Shown piece after piece: positions 25,201 to 33,317 of a DNA stretch of 64,000 nt; the first letter of the stretch is position 1; every line of letters begins with the position of its first letter. The stretch spans positions 181,546 to 245,545 of the forward strand of contig NMRA01000377.1 of the NCBI GenBank assembly GCA_002633005.1, read 5' to 3'. The DNA comes from Phoronis australis. Lineage: Eukaryota > Animalia > Phoronida. The notes under the pieces are model-generated. The model searched no databases and was not told the origin of the DNA. It worked only from the letters and a program-made list of their open reading frames with translations. The translations under genes and the position numbers were made by a program.

Positions 25201-28200
25201 ATTAAAGTCACACAACAAGAAAAATCTTGCCATAAAAAATGCAAGCCAACTGCAAAAGAAGACCATGTTGTAAAATAACCCTTTGCTATCACATGCAATA
25301 TATATTCTCCATAAATAAATTATATTCAATTTAATTTCAATTATTATTACAGTAATTATAATTATTATCATCATTATCAAAATAACACCATACCTGGCAA
25401 CACAGGTTCCCCCTCGCGTAGGACGGGAACCTCACGCACAATCTCTCCATCATCCTCCTCACGCGATAGCCACCTGTGGCAGACAAATGTAAGATCCTCC
25501 TCCGTCTGTTCATCCACCATGTGCACCTGGTCGCAGTACCAGCCCGGATAGTCGCCAGCATTATCGTGCGTCAGACGGATTTTGTAGATCTCACCAATGG
25601 TGCCCACATTTATCTGTAACACGAGAAAACATGTCAGCCATATTGTGGTGCCAACTATTCGGGGCACACATGAAAGAGCTTAGTAAATGAGCCATGAAAT
25701 TGAATTAAGAAAAAATCTCTGAGGACGTTCATGCAATCCTGACAACGTTCCAAATTCATTATAGCTCTATAGGTATTTTCAATCATGGTATCACCAACAT
25801 ATAACCACTTTTAACTTTAATATTAAAAAATTGTATGCAAACAACAAGAAGTTAAAATTTTATAATTATTCTCTGACAAAGCTGTAATTCTCTGGTCATC
25901 GAGGTTATAAGCATAATAGTCAGGATGACACCAGGCACATTGATAACAAGACTGATTTACTATAGAAATAGGAGTACACATAACCTTAAAGAAATACAAA
26001 ACTCTGCCAATTTAACGCAAAGCTGGCTGTCATTAGCAGTACCTTCTATGACAAATAACAGCATCTTCAACTGAAACAAACTCTTGCTCTGTTCATGTAG
26101 AAACGCCCCCTAGTGACCTCATTATGATGCTCATAACAGATTTGTATGAATTTAGAAATCAAAGTCTGCAGGCTTTCAGGAAACATACGCTTGCATGAAA
26201 TCAATTTCTATAATTTTGCAGACATTTACTGCACAGACTTGTTGATCAGGTCGTAAATAACCTTCATAGTTGTTAGTAAGTTGGAAGCATGTACGGTATA
26301 CCTTTAAAATATAATGGCTGCTGGCACACCATCAAGTTTTATCTGTTTATTACTATAAGAAACACGGAAACCGGGTCTAACATTATTATTTTTCCACACC
26401 ACAGCTCTTTCCATTATTACCTGGTCACACGCAATTGCGGGCTTCGCGGGCTTGAATTTGGCCTGTTGATTTGTAGTTGAAGAAAAACAAAACAAAACAA
26501 TGAAAACAGACAAAACACAATAAAAATATAAATCAGCATAATGGAAGAATTACGAGTAGCAAACAACACTAACAGAAACACAAGAAAAAAAATTAAACTT
26601 AAAAGTGTGCAACTTTAAACGCAAAAACACTGAGTTGCATATTAAATTAAACAATCAAAACTGAAGCATTGTTCACGACACCGTCAACTAGCGTGAGTTA
26701 GCGTGTGCCAGGTGAGTGGTTCCAGGAGGTTAATGAGAATCAGGATTTCCTTCACATTGTACTCCTGTGTGAAACAACTTAGCACTCGAAATGAACATTC
26801 ACATGCCTTGAAAACGAGATGCTCACAACCTTTTTCATTGTGATTTCAACACTTCAACATTTCTGTCAAGCTTTGAAATGTCAAGATCTAAAACGCACTT
26901 ACAACGAAAAAGCAATGCGCGAAAACAAAATACAAGAATTGAAAACAGCAGCACTGCATTGCTAAAAGAAACAAAAATCATGTGCTGCACTAACAGAACA
27001 CGTCATCGCTCCAAAACTCATACCAAGAATTCATCAACCTCGCCACTGCTGAATGTGCCATCGTTGTTTGCAACCAGTGGTATGGCACCCGAGTTCCCCT
27101 TGTGGCCGTAGACAGTGATGGAAACGTTTGCCGTAGTTCCTGCAGATGGCAGTTCGTTTGTTGTCACCCACACCCTCCATTTTCCACCTAAAGTTAGCAA
27201 AACTAAAGAATTGTAACAAAAACAACATAAAAGATAATGCACAAAAAAGAAGATTGGAAAAATGTAAAAGAAAACATTCAAATCAGCAACTGAAATTCTT
27301 TAGATGAAAATTCAGTGGGTAAAAATTGCATTTCATTAGAAAACCCAAAATCAAAATTACACTGCTCGCCTCAACAAAATAAGCCCCAAAATTTGGTAAT
27401 AAGTCACCACCAAGAGACCAGGGTTTTGAGAACCAGTTTCCTGCACAGAACAACAAGCATCAAACTGGTTCTCAAAATCCGAGCACACATGAGGGCTCAA
27501 AAAGAACAACCAGACCACCTACCGTTCAAAGTTTAGCAAATCCAAGGGATGGACACGTCATTCACAATTTAACTGCTATCACTCACCCCCAGGTCACCCT
27601 CTCAATTCCAAACTGAATGTTGAAAACTAAGAATGCTGTGATGAGAGTTTGGCTTAAGGAAATGGATGCAACGTGCCCACATTTTGAGAACCAGTTTTCT
27701 TCACTGAATAACCACACCAAACTGGTTCTCAAAATGTGGCACTTTACACCTGACTATTGTCACTTTCATTACCAATGATCCAATAATTTTATAAGTATTA
27801 ATTTAAAAGTTAAACTCTTTAAACTATATTTTTTAGATCATTCATAATCACAAGAATGTTTTGTGCACAAATATAATACCATTCACTACTAACTACTTTT
27901 ATCTACAAAAATTGTGACTTTTCAAAGAGGTCACCGTAATTTCCCGAAAACACATTTTTTGCACAAAGTTTGTAAATTCTATTTCTTTTTCTATTGCCTA
28001 CACAAGTGTGTCTGTGATTTTCTTTTAAGACCTTTTAAAAGGATTTTAGTTTTATGGGTCTAAATACTTAAAAAATTCTTTAAGAATTTTGATCCATTGT
28101 ACTTTAAGTAAATAATTCTTGTTTTTTTAGTCAAACACTAAGTGGAAAAATAAGTGCAGCTTGAACTAACACGTGACTTACGTGTGCGAGACAGTCTGTC

Positions 28201-31200
28201 TCTTCGGTCACTCGGCACGTCGGAGATTTTAGAGGTGAAGTTGTTCTTACGTAGAAAAGGCTTCTTAACCTCTGCTTGTGGTGGGGGTATTGTGAGAGGC
28301 TTGAAGCGTTTTNCTTGGCAGCCGCCACGAAGACGTCATCAGAGCCGTTGAAAATAGCCGATAAGCTCCTGATCTATAAACAAGTTTTGTCAAAATCTAC
28401 AGTGAAATATCTTCTCAAGTAGGCCACCATCACAAGTCATTTAAAGCTGCTAAAAGGTCACCATTTGTCTAATCATTTAGACTTCCTACCATTGATCTCA
28501 ACTCGTTCATTTCTTATGGAATTGAAGGTGATTTCTGTTCTTAAAAAAAGTTGATGGGTTGTTAATGCTCCTGACCAGATTACTACAAGTGAATTGAATA
28601 TCTCTCCCCATGCCCAGAAATTGCCTCTCATCTGAGCCTAGGAACAGGTAGGTATCAGTTTCACATCGGGACCTGGCAAAAATCAAATACATCAGTTTCA
28701 GAATCTAAAAGTTTCTTGACGAAAGATAATGGAACAAAACGACTTTAAGGAAAACAATCTGCACCATGACGGTAAATACGTGAGCTATTATGTGTAATCA
28801 TATCTTGCTAAGATTTATTCCCAGGAGAAAATCAGTCTATTGATCCATCGTCACCATGACAACAAGCAAAAACAAACCAAGCAGGAGAATTTCTTTGCAA
28901 AACATAGCATGCCGTTTTAATTACCGGTTGTCATTCACACTCCACCAATTAGTGGGTAAAATGTAATATGAAACCTTTTTTCTTACCGGTAGCCTTCTTA
29001 AGATTGACTCAAAATTGGGGTGCATTCCATACATGTAAGAATCTTGTATGAATGAATAAACAAAGTCATGTGCAGTAATATCACGCAAATGAAAAATGAC
29101 TGTTTTGCAAGTATGCTTGTGACTTTACAAAGTGTAACTCATTTAAATAAGAGCCACTTAAAAGTAATTGATCGGTGAGGTTGGACTATTGAATTATGAC
29201 CATAGACTTCAATGTTTCCATTCTAAAAGGGAAGTGCCTGTCTGATGCCTTGTGTCTACAAAACACAACACTGATCTATTTGTCTGCACTGCAACTATTA
29301 TTAATGAGCAAAATTCAACTGAGTCAAGCATTATGAAACAGTTGAAAATTAATGCTTATTTTGGTCAATGCATAAAAATCAATTACAGGGGTCCCACATT
29401 TTAAGAATGTTTTCTCGACTGAATAACAGGCATTTAAGTATTTCTCGAAATCCCGGATCCCGAAAGTGTCTATTGGAGGTCCAAAACTACATGGCTGACA
29501 CGTATCTCAAGATGAGTCTAGATTTTTTATTTACTTATCCTGGAATATAGTCAGAGCCAGCATCTAGACTAAGAGATAATTTTAACTACCGCAAAACTGA
29601 AATTAAAATATGAGTTTCCGAGGCATCTAAAATGAGAAACATGACATGTCCTTTCCCCACCACCATACAAAATTACTAAATTTTGGGAAAATCTCAATAC
29701 ATCACCAGGGCTGCCAACCCATTTAGAGCATAACCTGTATTCTTCATGTTAAAAATCCGTAATTTGCAAGTGAAACCTTGAACAATTTCTAATATTTTCA
29801 GAAAGCTTAAAGTTCATAGTTTGCAAGATGTATTGATACACACCAAAACAACAATTTATAATTTCAAATCATGTTGAACAAAGAAGTAGCATTACGCAAT
29901 AATTCAGCTCATCACATCGACGTTTTTCAGCTTTTGCTGTCAACATGGTTGATTTCTTCCCACAAAACCACGGCCCCACAAATCCGGATATCTCATAATT
30001 CCCGATTCATAATGGTGTTGTAGCCATCAGGGTTCTCAGTATTGAAGACAACGTAATTAAACACGATGAACTCTATTCCTGTTTTCTTATTGTAATCTAA
30101 TTCGTCAGTAAACTCGCTTCTTAAATTTTGCTCTAGACTTCCTAACACAATTTCCAAAAAACACACGATATTCCACAATGCAAAGCCAAGTAAGCGCATA
30201 TTTTCATTGGCCAGTCTTTCACTGAAACTGCAACTGACCAATCATAAAAGGGAAATCTTGTATGTAAATTGAATTCTACACTCATGGTGCTCACGATATG
30301 TCTTATTGGTCAAATCTTGCATTCTCGACAATTTGCTATAAGTTCCTGCCTTGATCTTCGTCGATCTGGTGCTTTGAAACCTTGACGATTTTAAAGATAA
30401 GTTTAACTTTTAGCAGATTATTTTTGATAAAAATAAATGCTCAAAATCTGTAACATTTGAAAATCCGTATGTAGTGATTTCTAGGCCCTTAAAGTACATA
30501 GAATACGGATAAATCCATAACAGTTGGCAACCCTGAATCATACAAAATGTCTGAATATGATGAGTTAGGTCAAACAAACAAACTTGGCTCCAGCCTATGT
30601 TTTCCAAAAAAGAAAATTTACCAGATAAGAGCTAAAACTATATGGGAGTTGGCATAAAACCTTGCTTATGTGCCTCTGTGCTGAGCTTTAAAACAAAGAG
30701 ACCTGGGCTAGAATTTATAGGGGCCGGCATTTCTTTTACAGTCAGTGTACAGAACAGAACCAAATTTATATTTTTGGCCTTAATCTAGAAATTGATTGTT
30801 CTGTTTCAATTTAAGGCTCAGTGATATATACATAAACATTGAAACATTTATAAGTTTCTGAAATCAATAATTCAGTATGATAGGAACAACTTTGAGACAT
30901 CATCATTAAATTTCTTCATTGATAACTGACTATTTACATAACGTTTCCTTGAGTATGGTTTTCATTCCAAATGGGTTAATTAATTATTCATTTGCAAACG
31001 CATTCAGATCAGAACAAATTGGTTGACCTTGAAAAACCATGCACGGAACAAATCTCCATGGCGACAAATATTTAAGCAAATAAAAATAACTGAAAGTAAC
31101 CTACTGTATGTAAAGTAAATTTGATATATGGTATCTATTAATTACACTTTCTAAAAGAATACTTGACTTAACAAAAATAGACTGAAGAAATTCATATAAG

Positions 31201-32508
31201 GAATCATGAGGAGATAGACAATTGAATCGATAGTTTTTGTGAAATTCAGAAACTGCATTTGTGGAAAGTGCAATATTGATTGAAATATAATGACACAAAA
31301 CCAGAATAGTCTAATAGTCACCCACAGAGGGACCTAGAAATTCTTGGTAATGTAAAGTTTTTTGATCGTTTCATGTTGAGGTAACCACCCTGAGTTGTAA
31401 TCGTGACCAGAGCCTTTAGTTTTATGATAGTGTTAATAAGTGCACAAGCGGCACGTACCCATGGAAACCTTTATGTACTCAAGCACAGAATTATTGACAC
31501 TAAGCTTGAGTTCAAAAGTAGTATAAAAATTACCAAAAATAATTTTGAGTGCGAATTCAAGTAAAATGATTAGATCTCAGTTTCATACATTTTGTGGTAT
31601 AAAATTTACACCAGGCCGGCGCTCAAAGACACGGCCTCTTTTAAAGGCCCTTTCATATTGACTTAACTCTGGTCTGAGCGGAGCATCAACGTAAGCAGCC
31701 CAGTTAACTGGGCCGTTCATACTGGCTTCAGTAGTTAATGAAACGGTTGGTGACGCTGTCGTCATCAAAGTTATCGCAAGGTAGCGCTGCACGCTAAGAT
31801 TTTTCCATGTGACAATTTGGGAACATTTACATGACTGTGCTAAATGACATTAAAACTAAATTTTAAATGGATTGGTTATTATTAGTCTATTAGAGCAAAA
31901 TATAAGCAGCTATTAGTGACGGCACTACCCCGTAACTGTTGACGACAATAGTGGCACCTGGCAATAACTTAACTTCGATTGGACTGAAGTTAACCGTTCA
32001 TACTGCACCACAGCGCCGACACTGTGCTATTAAATACAACCTGTTAACTGCGATGTTAACTGGAGCTGTTAACTGTGATCCAGGACCGGAGTTAAGTGTT
32101 CATACTGACCGCAACTCCCCAAATCATCGACGAGTCGACGTTACTATGAAAGGCTCTTAAGGAAGTCTTGATTGTATAAAGTCAGGGTAAGCATTAGAGT
32201 CAGCATGGTAGTCATGAGTGGGCATAAATCCAGACAAATACGGTACATTACAACAATGTTGGACAGCGTACCAGCTTTGCTGCAGGTAATGTTGCCAAAT
32301 ATACACGTACCTGAATGTGTTCAGTGAGTCCAGCTCTAGTTTTTTATGCAATGCTTTTGAATTGTAACCCGCAGGTTTATGTCTCTGTTAGACATCTTAT
32401 TATTGTAATATTATTATTATTATTATTACAGGATTACATTGTTATTGACACCATTACATTATCTCTATCATAATTCTTATGAATAAAATTATTAGCTCTG
32501 ACTAGTTT

Positions 32509-32548
<40 letters not shown>

Positions 32549-33317
32549 AATAATCATTATCACGCACTAGTTCTATTCTCACTTATTAATATATAAATGT
32601 CATTATTATTGAACATTATTTAGAACTCACCGGGCGTCCCTCTGTCGTAAACACTCGGTGGACGGCCATCTTGAAGACATCACTAAAATCGTCCAGCAGA
32701 GTCTCAAAACTACGCAAGTTCTTTCTGTTCAGCCAAAACTTATGCTGCACAACTGAGTTACCGTTCTTGAGCACCGTAATCTTCTTAGCAGGGGGGTTGC
32801 CATAGCGACCATGTCCAGTTGTCAGCGCTTCTTCGTCTTCACTAAAAGCGTGAGGTGGCGGTAAAGATTTGGCGTTTCTGGTTGAGCGAGGGTCAGACTC
32901 GGAGCGAAAGTAGGGTGTGTTCACACTTAAAATGTCTGGCCTTGATCCACCATGCCAACTATGCGTGGTTTTTGAGACACGTTCTACGTCCACGCCTTTG
33001 GCCTTGTTTCGATGAGTGGAGCAGACGTATTTTCCCTGGTCAACCAGATCATCAAGATCATTCACGTGGTGATGTCCTGAAGGTGTGTATATACTCCGTA
33101 CACCAAACCCCAAGCTGGGCATCTGCTCCGTAAGTTGTTTGAGCAGTATATCGAAGCTACGGAACTTCTTTGGGTGGATGGCCAATCGCAGCGCTTTAAA
33201 GTGCTGGTCGCCATCTTTGTAGAAAAACACATTTTTGGCTCTTGTGGTATCAACAAGTTGGGGGCGTCCATTGTTGTTTGAGTCGCCTCTTTGATTTTGT
33301 GGACTTCGATGCATCAT
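1..33317 (-). CDS. RP1: RP1-family (oxygen-regulated protein 1-like) doublecortin + PLAT/LH2 + beta-trefoil protein; multi-exon, 3'-partial (LOXHD1-like PLAT repeats)
   Basis: 25 exons joined at GT-AG sites with consistent phases (one frame break at the assembly n at 28313). Two N-terminal DCX domains (VFFYKDGDQHF..KFRSFDILLKQLT..GVRSIYTPSG; KKITVLKNG..LRSFETLL..VFTTEGRP|IRSLSAIF..VFVAAAK.RFKPL) resemble RP1/RP1L1. They are followed by at least 5 PLAT repeats and two FGF-like beta-trefoils. Confidence 0.85.
441..712 (-). CDS. Exon: PLAT5 (GDWYVWITTG..LVYGKNGSSDPIPL..FQQGITDRFDVNVGEKLGDVYKIRIG..WYLEK)
   Basis: tttgtag| and AAG|gtgggt; phase 1 to 0; truncated allelic copy at 1306..1501. Confidence 0.92.
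517..2097. other. Uncollapsed haplotype duplication (517..1304 vs 1306..2097)
   Basis: Near-identical tandem copies joined exactly at the single n at 1305. Confidence 0.85.
753..969. mobile_element. Harbinger-like MITE (allelic copy at about 1546..1762)
   Basis: GGGTCCGTTCCAAGAAA ... TTTCTTGGAACGGGTACC inverted termini. Confidence 0.65.
2169..2225 (-). CDS. 57-nt Lys-rich linker exon (TPKKDTKTKEKKKTDKPQ)
   Basis: cctcag| and AAG|gttgaa; phase 1-1. Confidence 0.7.
3498..3521 (-). CDS. 24-nt microexon (NTSPLPP)
   Basis: catgctatag| and CAG|gtaagt (consensus donor); phase 1-1. Confidence 0.65.
4084..4128 (-). CDS. 45-nt linker microexon (HEPPSQKTNSRDIG)
   Basis: tgcttttccaag| and G|gtgagt; phase 1-1. 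Confidence 0.7.
4941..4976 (-). CDS. 36-nt linker microexon (IPENDDKNVPK)
   Basis: ttttgtag| and G|gtatgt; phase 1-1. Confidence 0.7.
5255..5465 (+). repeat. Dispersed repeat (reverse copy at about 31470..31562; fragment at about 33615..33652; allelic copy at about 6806..7022)
   Basis: Direct and reverse-complement similarity (TAATTTTTGG.A.T, TGAGTACA, AAGTGCAAACTAGGAT). Confidence 0.5.
6486..6521 (-). CDS. 36-nt linker microexon, allelic copy (ITENDNQNVPK)
   Basis: ttttgtag| and G|gtatgt; lies in the haplotype duplicate of 4941..4976. Confidence 0.65.
7245..7312. repeat. (AAC)n microsatellite (allelic copy at about 5699..5755)
   Basis: Direct observation. Confidence 0.9.
7489..7584 (-). 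CDS. Probable 96-nt symmetric linker exon (HEESKKQVPVFTKSRSVQRNNVKALLKAEDS)
   Basis: ccccag| and G|gtatac; phase 1-1; partial allelic copy at about 5938..5992. Confidence 0.65.
8033..8088 (-). CDS. Exon: PLAT4 end (WLDSSIADKKLERTLYIG)
   Basis: tttcag| and G|gtaaaa; phase 2 to 1, completing the KWL...ER.L motif. Confidence 0.88.
8652..8782. repeat. 16-bp tandem repeat (AAGAGATGCGCCCATT) x8, truncated at n 8783
   Basis: Identical units. Confidence 0.95.
8839..8990. repeat. 49-bp tandem repeat x3
   Basis: Units start at 8839, 8888 and 8937 (TGACAAGGCAGT.TTTCATAGATCCAA..). Confidence 0.9.
9406..9566 (-). CDS. Exon: PLAT4 middle (VDTFLLEAVSLEALTHCVVSHDGTGPGEGWYCEKIVI..FPCQ)
   Basis: PLAT motifs; AA|gtgagt donor, phase 2. 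Confidence 0.92.
9834..9985 (-). CDS. Exon: PLAT4 N-part (VQYIVQVFTGDLPGSDTDANVFLNVFGTRGDTGRRLL..FEEGQ)
   Basis: Canonical PLAT; same 152-nt size and phases as exon 23334..23485. Confidence 0.93.
10080..10220 (+). repeat. Dispersed repeat (copy at about 34215..34358)
   Basis: Shared TATATTTTCTGAAAG..GTAGAATTTG..TATACCAAT..AAATTTAGCAAAAA blocks. Confidence 0.6.
10503..10635 (-). CDS. Exon: PLAT3 C-end (VKLQDMSTKEVLKFKYNQQFSLTNKDPTLLKELPAIRPGRPVLP)
   Basis: ttttag| and G|gtaggc; ELPA.RPG.PVLP is homologous to the PLAT1 end. Confidence 0.9.
11534..11781 (-). CDS. Exon: PLAT3 (GEWKVWITSLETIQNGDVAIVVYGDKGNSG..IYKVRLE..PSWKVRE)
   Basis: tttcag| and GAG|gtaagt; phase 1 to 0. Confidence 0.92.
12339..12608 (-). 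CDS. Exon: charged, low-complexity linker (GLPKEKEEGKENQKSPRQ..PEATFIAV)
   Basis: 270-nt symmetric phase 1-1 exon; G|gtgagt donor. Confidence 0.85.
13347..13524 (-). CDS. Exon: beta-trefoil 2, part 2 (GKGDKYCQFRVVRVKEKGFITLESVRSRGIFIGMTVNGRVRPTVDTGEKNVRLYPEVIT)
   Basis: ttttag| and T|gtaagt; FGF-like G.I.L.SV....IGM...G.V strand pattern. Confidence 0.88.
14145..14363 (-). CDS. Exon: beta-trefoil 2, part 1 (GMFRDGGIIIFWTS..NVRMFESVVFPGQFIRLKEGQIDIS)
   Basis: ttttcag| and |gtgagt; 219 nt; internally similar to trefoil 1 (NVR.F.SV..P). Confidence 0.88.
14495..15210. other. Uncollapsed haplotype duplication (14495..14801 vs 14903..15210)
   Basis: Copies around the n at 14902. Confidence 0.85.
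15948..16121 (-). CDS. Exon: beta-trefoil 1, part 3 (GKGGSFCEFLVKVQPDRSIILESVKY..FCYCK)
   Basis: ttttccag| and AAG|gtactc; 174 nt, phase 0 to 0. Confidence 0.87.
18322..18425 (-). CDS. Exon: beta-trefoil 1, part 2 (VFTVMPRTGNVRVFSSVSYPNFHLAVDGGKVLGA)
   Basis: tttag| and GCG|gtaagt; phase 1 to 0. Confidence 0.87.
18403..18606. repeat. 50-51-bp tandem repeat x4 spanning an intron/exon junction
   Basis: CACAGCTAAAGGCAAAAATTAACAAGACATT recurs at 18421, 18472, 18522 and 18572. Confidence 0.95.
18989..19118 (-). CDS. Exon: beta-trefoil 1, part 1 (WEHEKWKFGRDNQVMLLSKATQRGMRIKSDTSVDGNAEVTDET)
   Basis: tttag| and G|gtgagt; phase 0 to 1; open frame. Confidence 0.87.
19483..19655 (-). CDS. Exon: PLAT2 C-part (DGWFLEKVVIRN..FWCNRWLDAGEDDGRIVREVKV..EREM)
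   Basis: GWFL..V.I and CNRWL..EDDG motifs; phase 1 to 0. Confidence 0.93.
21171..22195 (-). mobile_element. Penelope-like retroelement remnant (GIY-YIG endonuclease pseudo-ORF, about 21551..21990) with inverted flanking repeats
   Basis: Decayed frame RCKMCNFI..DCTTNNII*LIT..CSIQYVGQTQHNLQTRFRKH..IGNHFN..HNLQDLSVQITE..REQYWIDKLNTLEPHGLN. Inverted arms 21171-21237/22128-22195 and 21249-21265/21970-21986. Confidence 0.85.
22242..22320 (-). CDS. Exon: PLAT2 middle (TAVISLEAVSLGNLRKILIGHNGAEPG)
   Basis: tttgcag| and G|gtaatg; EAVSLG.L..I.IGH motif; phase 0 to 1. Confidence 0.9.
22871..23294 (+). mobile_element. MITE family, 2 copies (second at about 50650..51079)
   Basis: Colinear similarity (GCATATAAGC, TATTTTTGGAGTTC, TTTTCAAGAAAT.TGGTAA, GAAATAATG, CCCATGG..CTAATGGC) and imperfect TIRs. 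Confidence 0.65.
23334..23485 (-). CDS. Exon: PLAT2 N-part ([33 protein letters not shown]..KGQ)
   Basis: Canonical PLAT start; phase 1 to 0. Confidence 0.93.
23657..24736. mobile_element. Non-autonomous DNA transposon (hAT-like termini, 5-bp TSD)
   Basis: TIRs CATAGGTGGATTTAGG / CCTAGATCCGCCACTG (12/16 match), subterminal GGGCCCCCC tracts, TSD CGATT on both sides; spans the N gap 24437-24520. Confidence 0.75.
25394..25613 (-). CDS. Exon: PLAT1 C-half (INVGTIGEIYKIRLTHDNAGDYPGWYCDQV..CHRWLSREEDDGEIVREVP)
   Basis: PLAT motifs IG.IYKIR..HD..G..PGW and RWL..EDDG.I.RE; phase 0 to 1. Confidence 0.93.
26421..26462 (-). CDS. Candidate 42-nt cassette exon inside PLAT1 (AKFKPAKPAIACDQ)
   Basis: Long polypyrimidine tract plus caacag|; CAG|gtaatg donor; phase 0-0 matches the host intron. 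Confidence 0.5.
27024..27187 (-). CDS. Exon: PLAT1 N-half (GKWRVWVTTNELPSAGTTANVSITVYGHKGNSG..DEFL)
   Basis: PLAT motif AGT.ANV.I.VYG..G.SG; phase 1 to 0. Confidence 0.92.
28182..28373 (-). CDS. Exon: end of DCX2 plus tail (IRSLSAIFNGSDDVFVAAAK..RFKPLTIPPPQAEVKKPFLRKNNFTSKISDVPSDRRDRLSRT)
   Basis: tttatag| acceptor and C|gtaagt donor; the frame breaks only at the assembly n at 28313. Confidence 0.85.
28850..28863. promoter_or_regulatory. RFX X-box (GTCACCATGACAAC), intronic
   Basis: Matches the GTNRCCATGRYAAC consensus. Confidence 0.45.
29706..30535. mobile_element. Non-autonomous DNA transposon (CAGGGYTGCCAAC TIRs, hAT-like)
   Basis: CAGGGCTGCCAAC ... GTTGGCAACCCTG; no clear TSD. Confidence 0.65.
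31455..31468. promoter_or_regulatory. RFX X-box (GTACCCATGGAAAC), intronic
   Basis: Consensus match; another X-box-like motif at 31052..31065. Confidence 0.45.
31645..32157. mobile_element. PIF/Harbinger-like MITE
   Basis: TIRs AGGCCCTTTCATATTGAC / GTTACTATGAAAGGCTCT; TAA TSD on both sides; repeated GTTAAC and GTTCATACTG internal motifs. Confidence 0.75.
32510..32553. repeat. (AAT)n microsatellite
   Basis: Direct observation. Confidence 0.85.
32631..33317 (-). CDS. Coding exon 1: DCX1 and most of DCX2
   Basis: ATG at 33317; acceptor ttttag before 33417; donor CCG|gtgagt; 687 nt, phase 0. Confidence 0.92.

Noticed and set aside
28305-28320. Frameshift suggesting the RP1-like gene is a pseudogene
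   Set aside because: The shift coincides exactly with an assembly n (28313); all other exons are open and phase-consistent.
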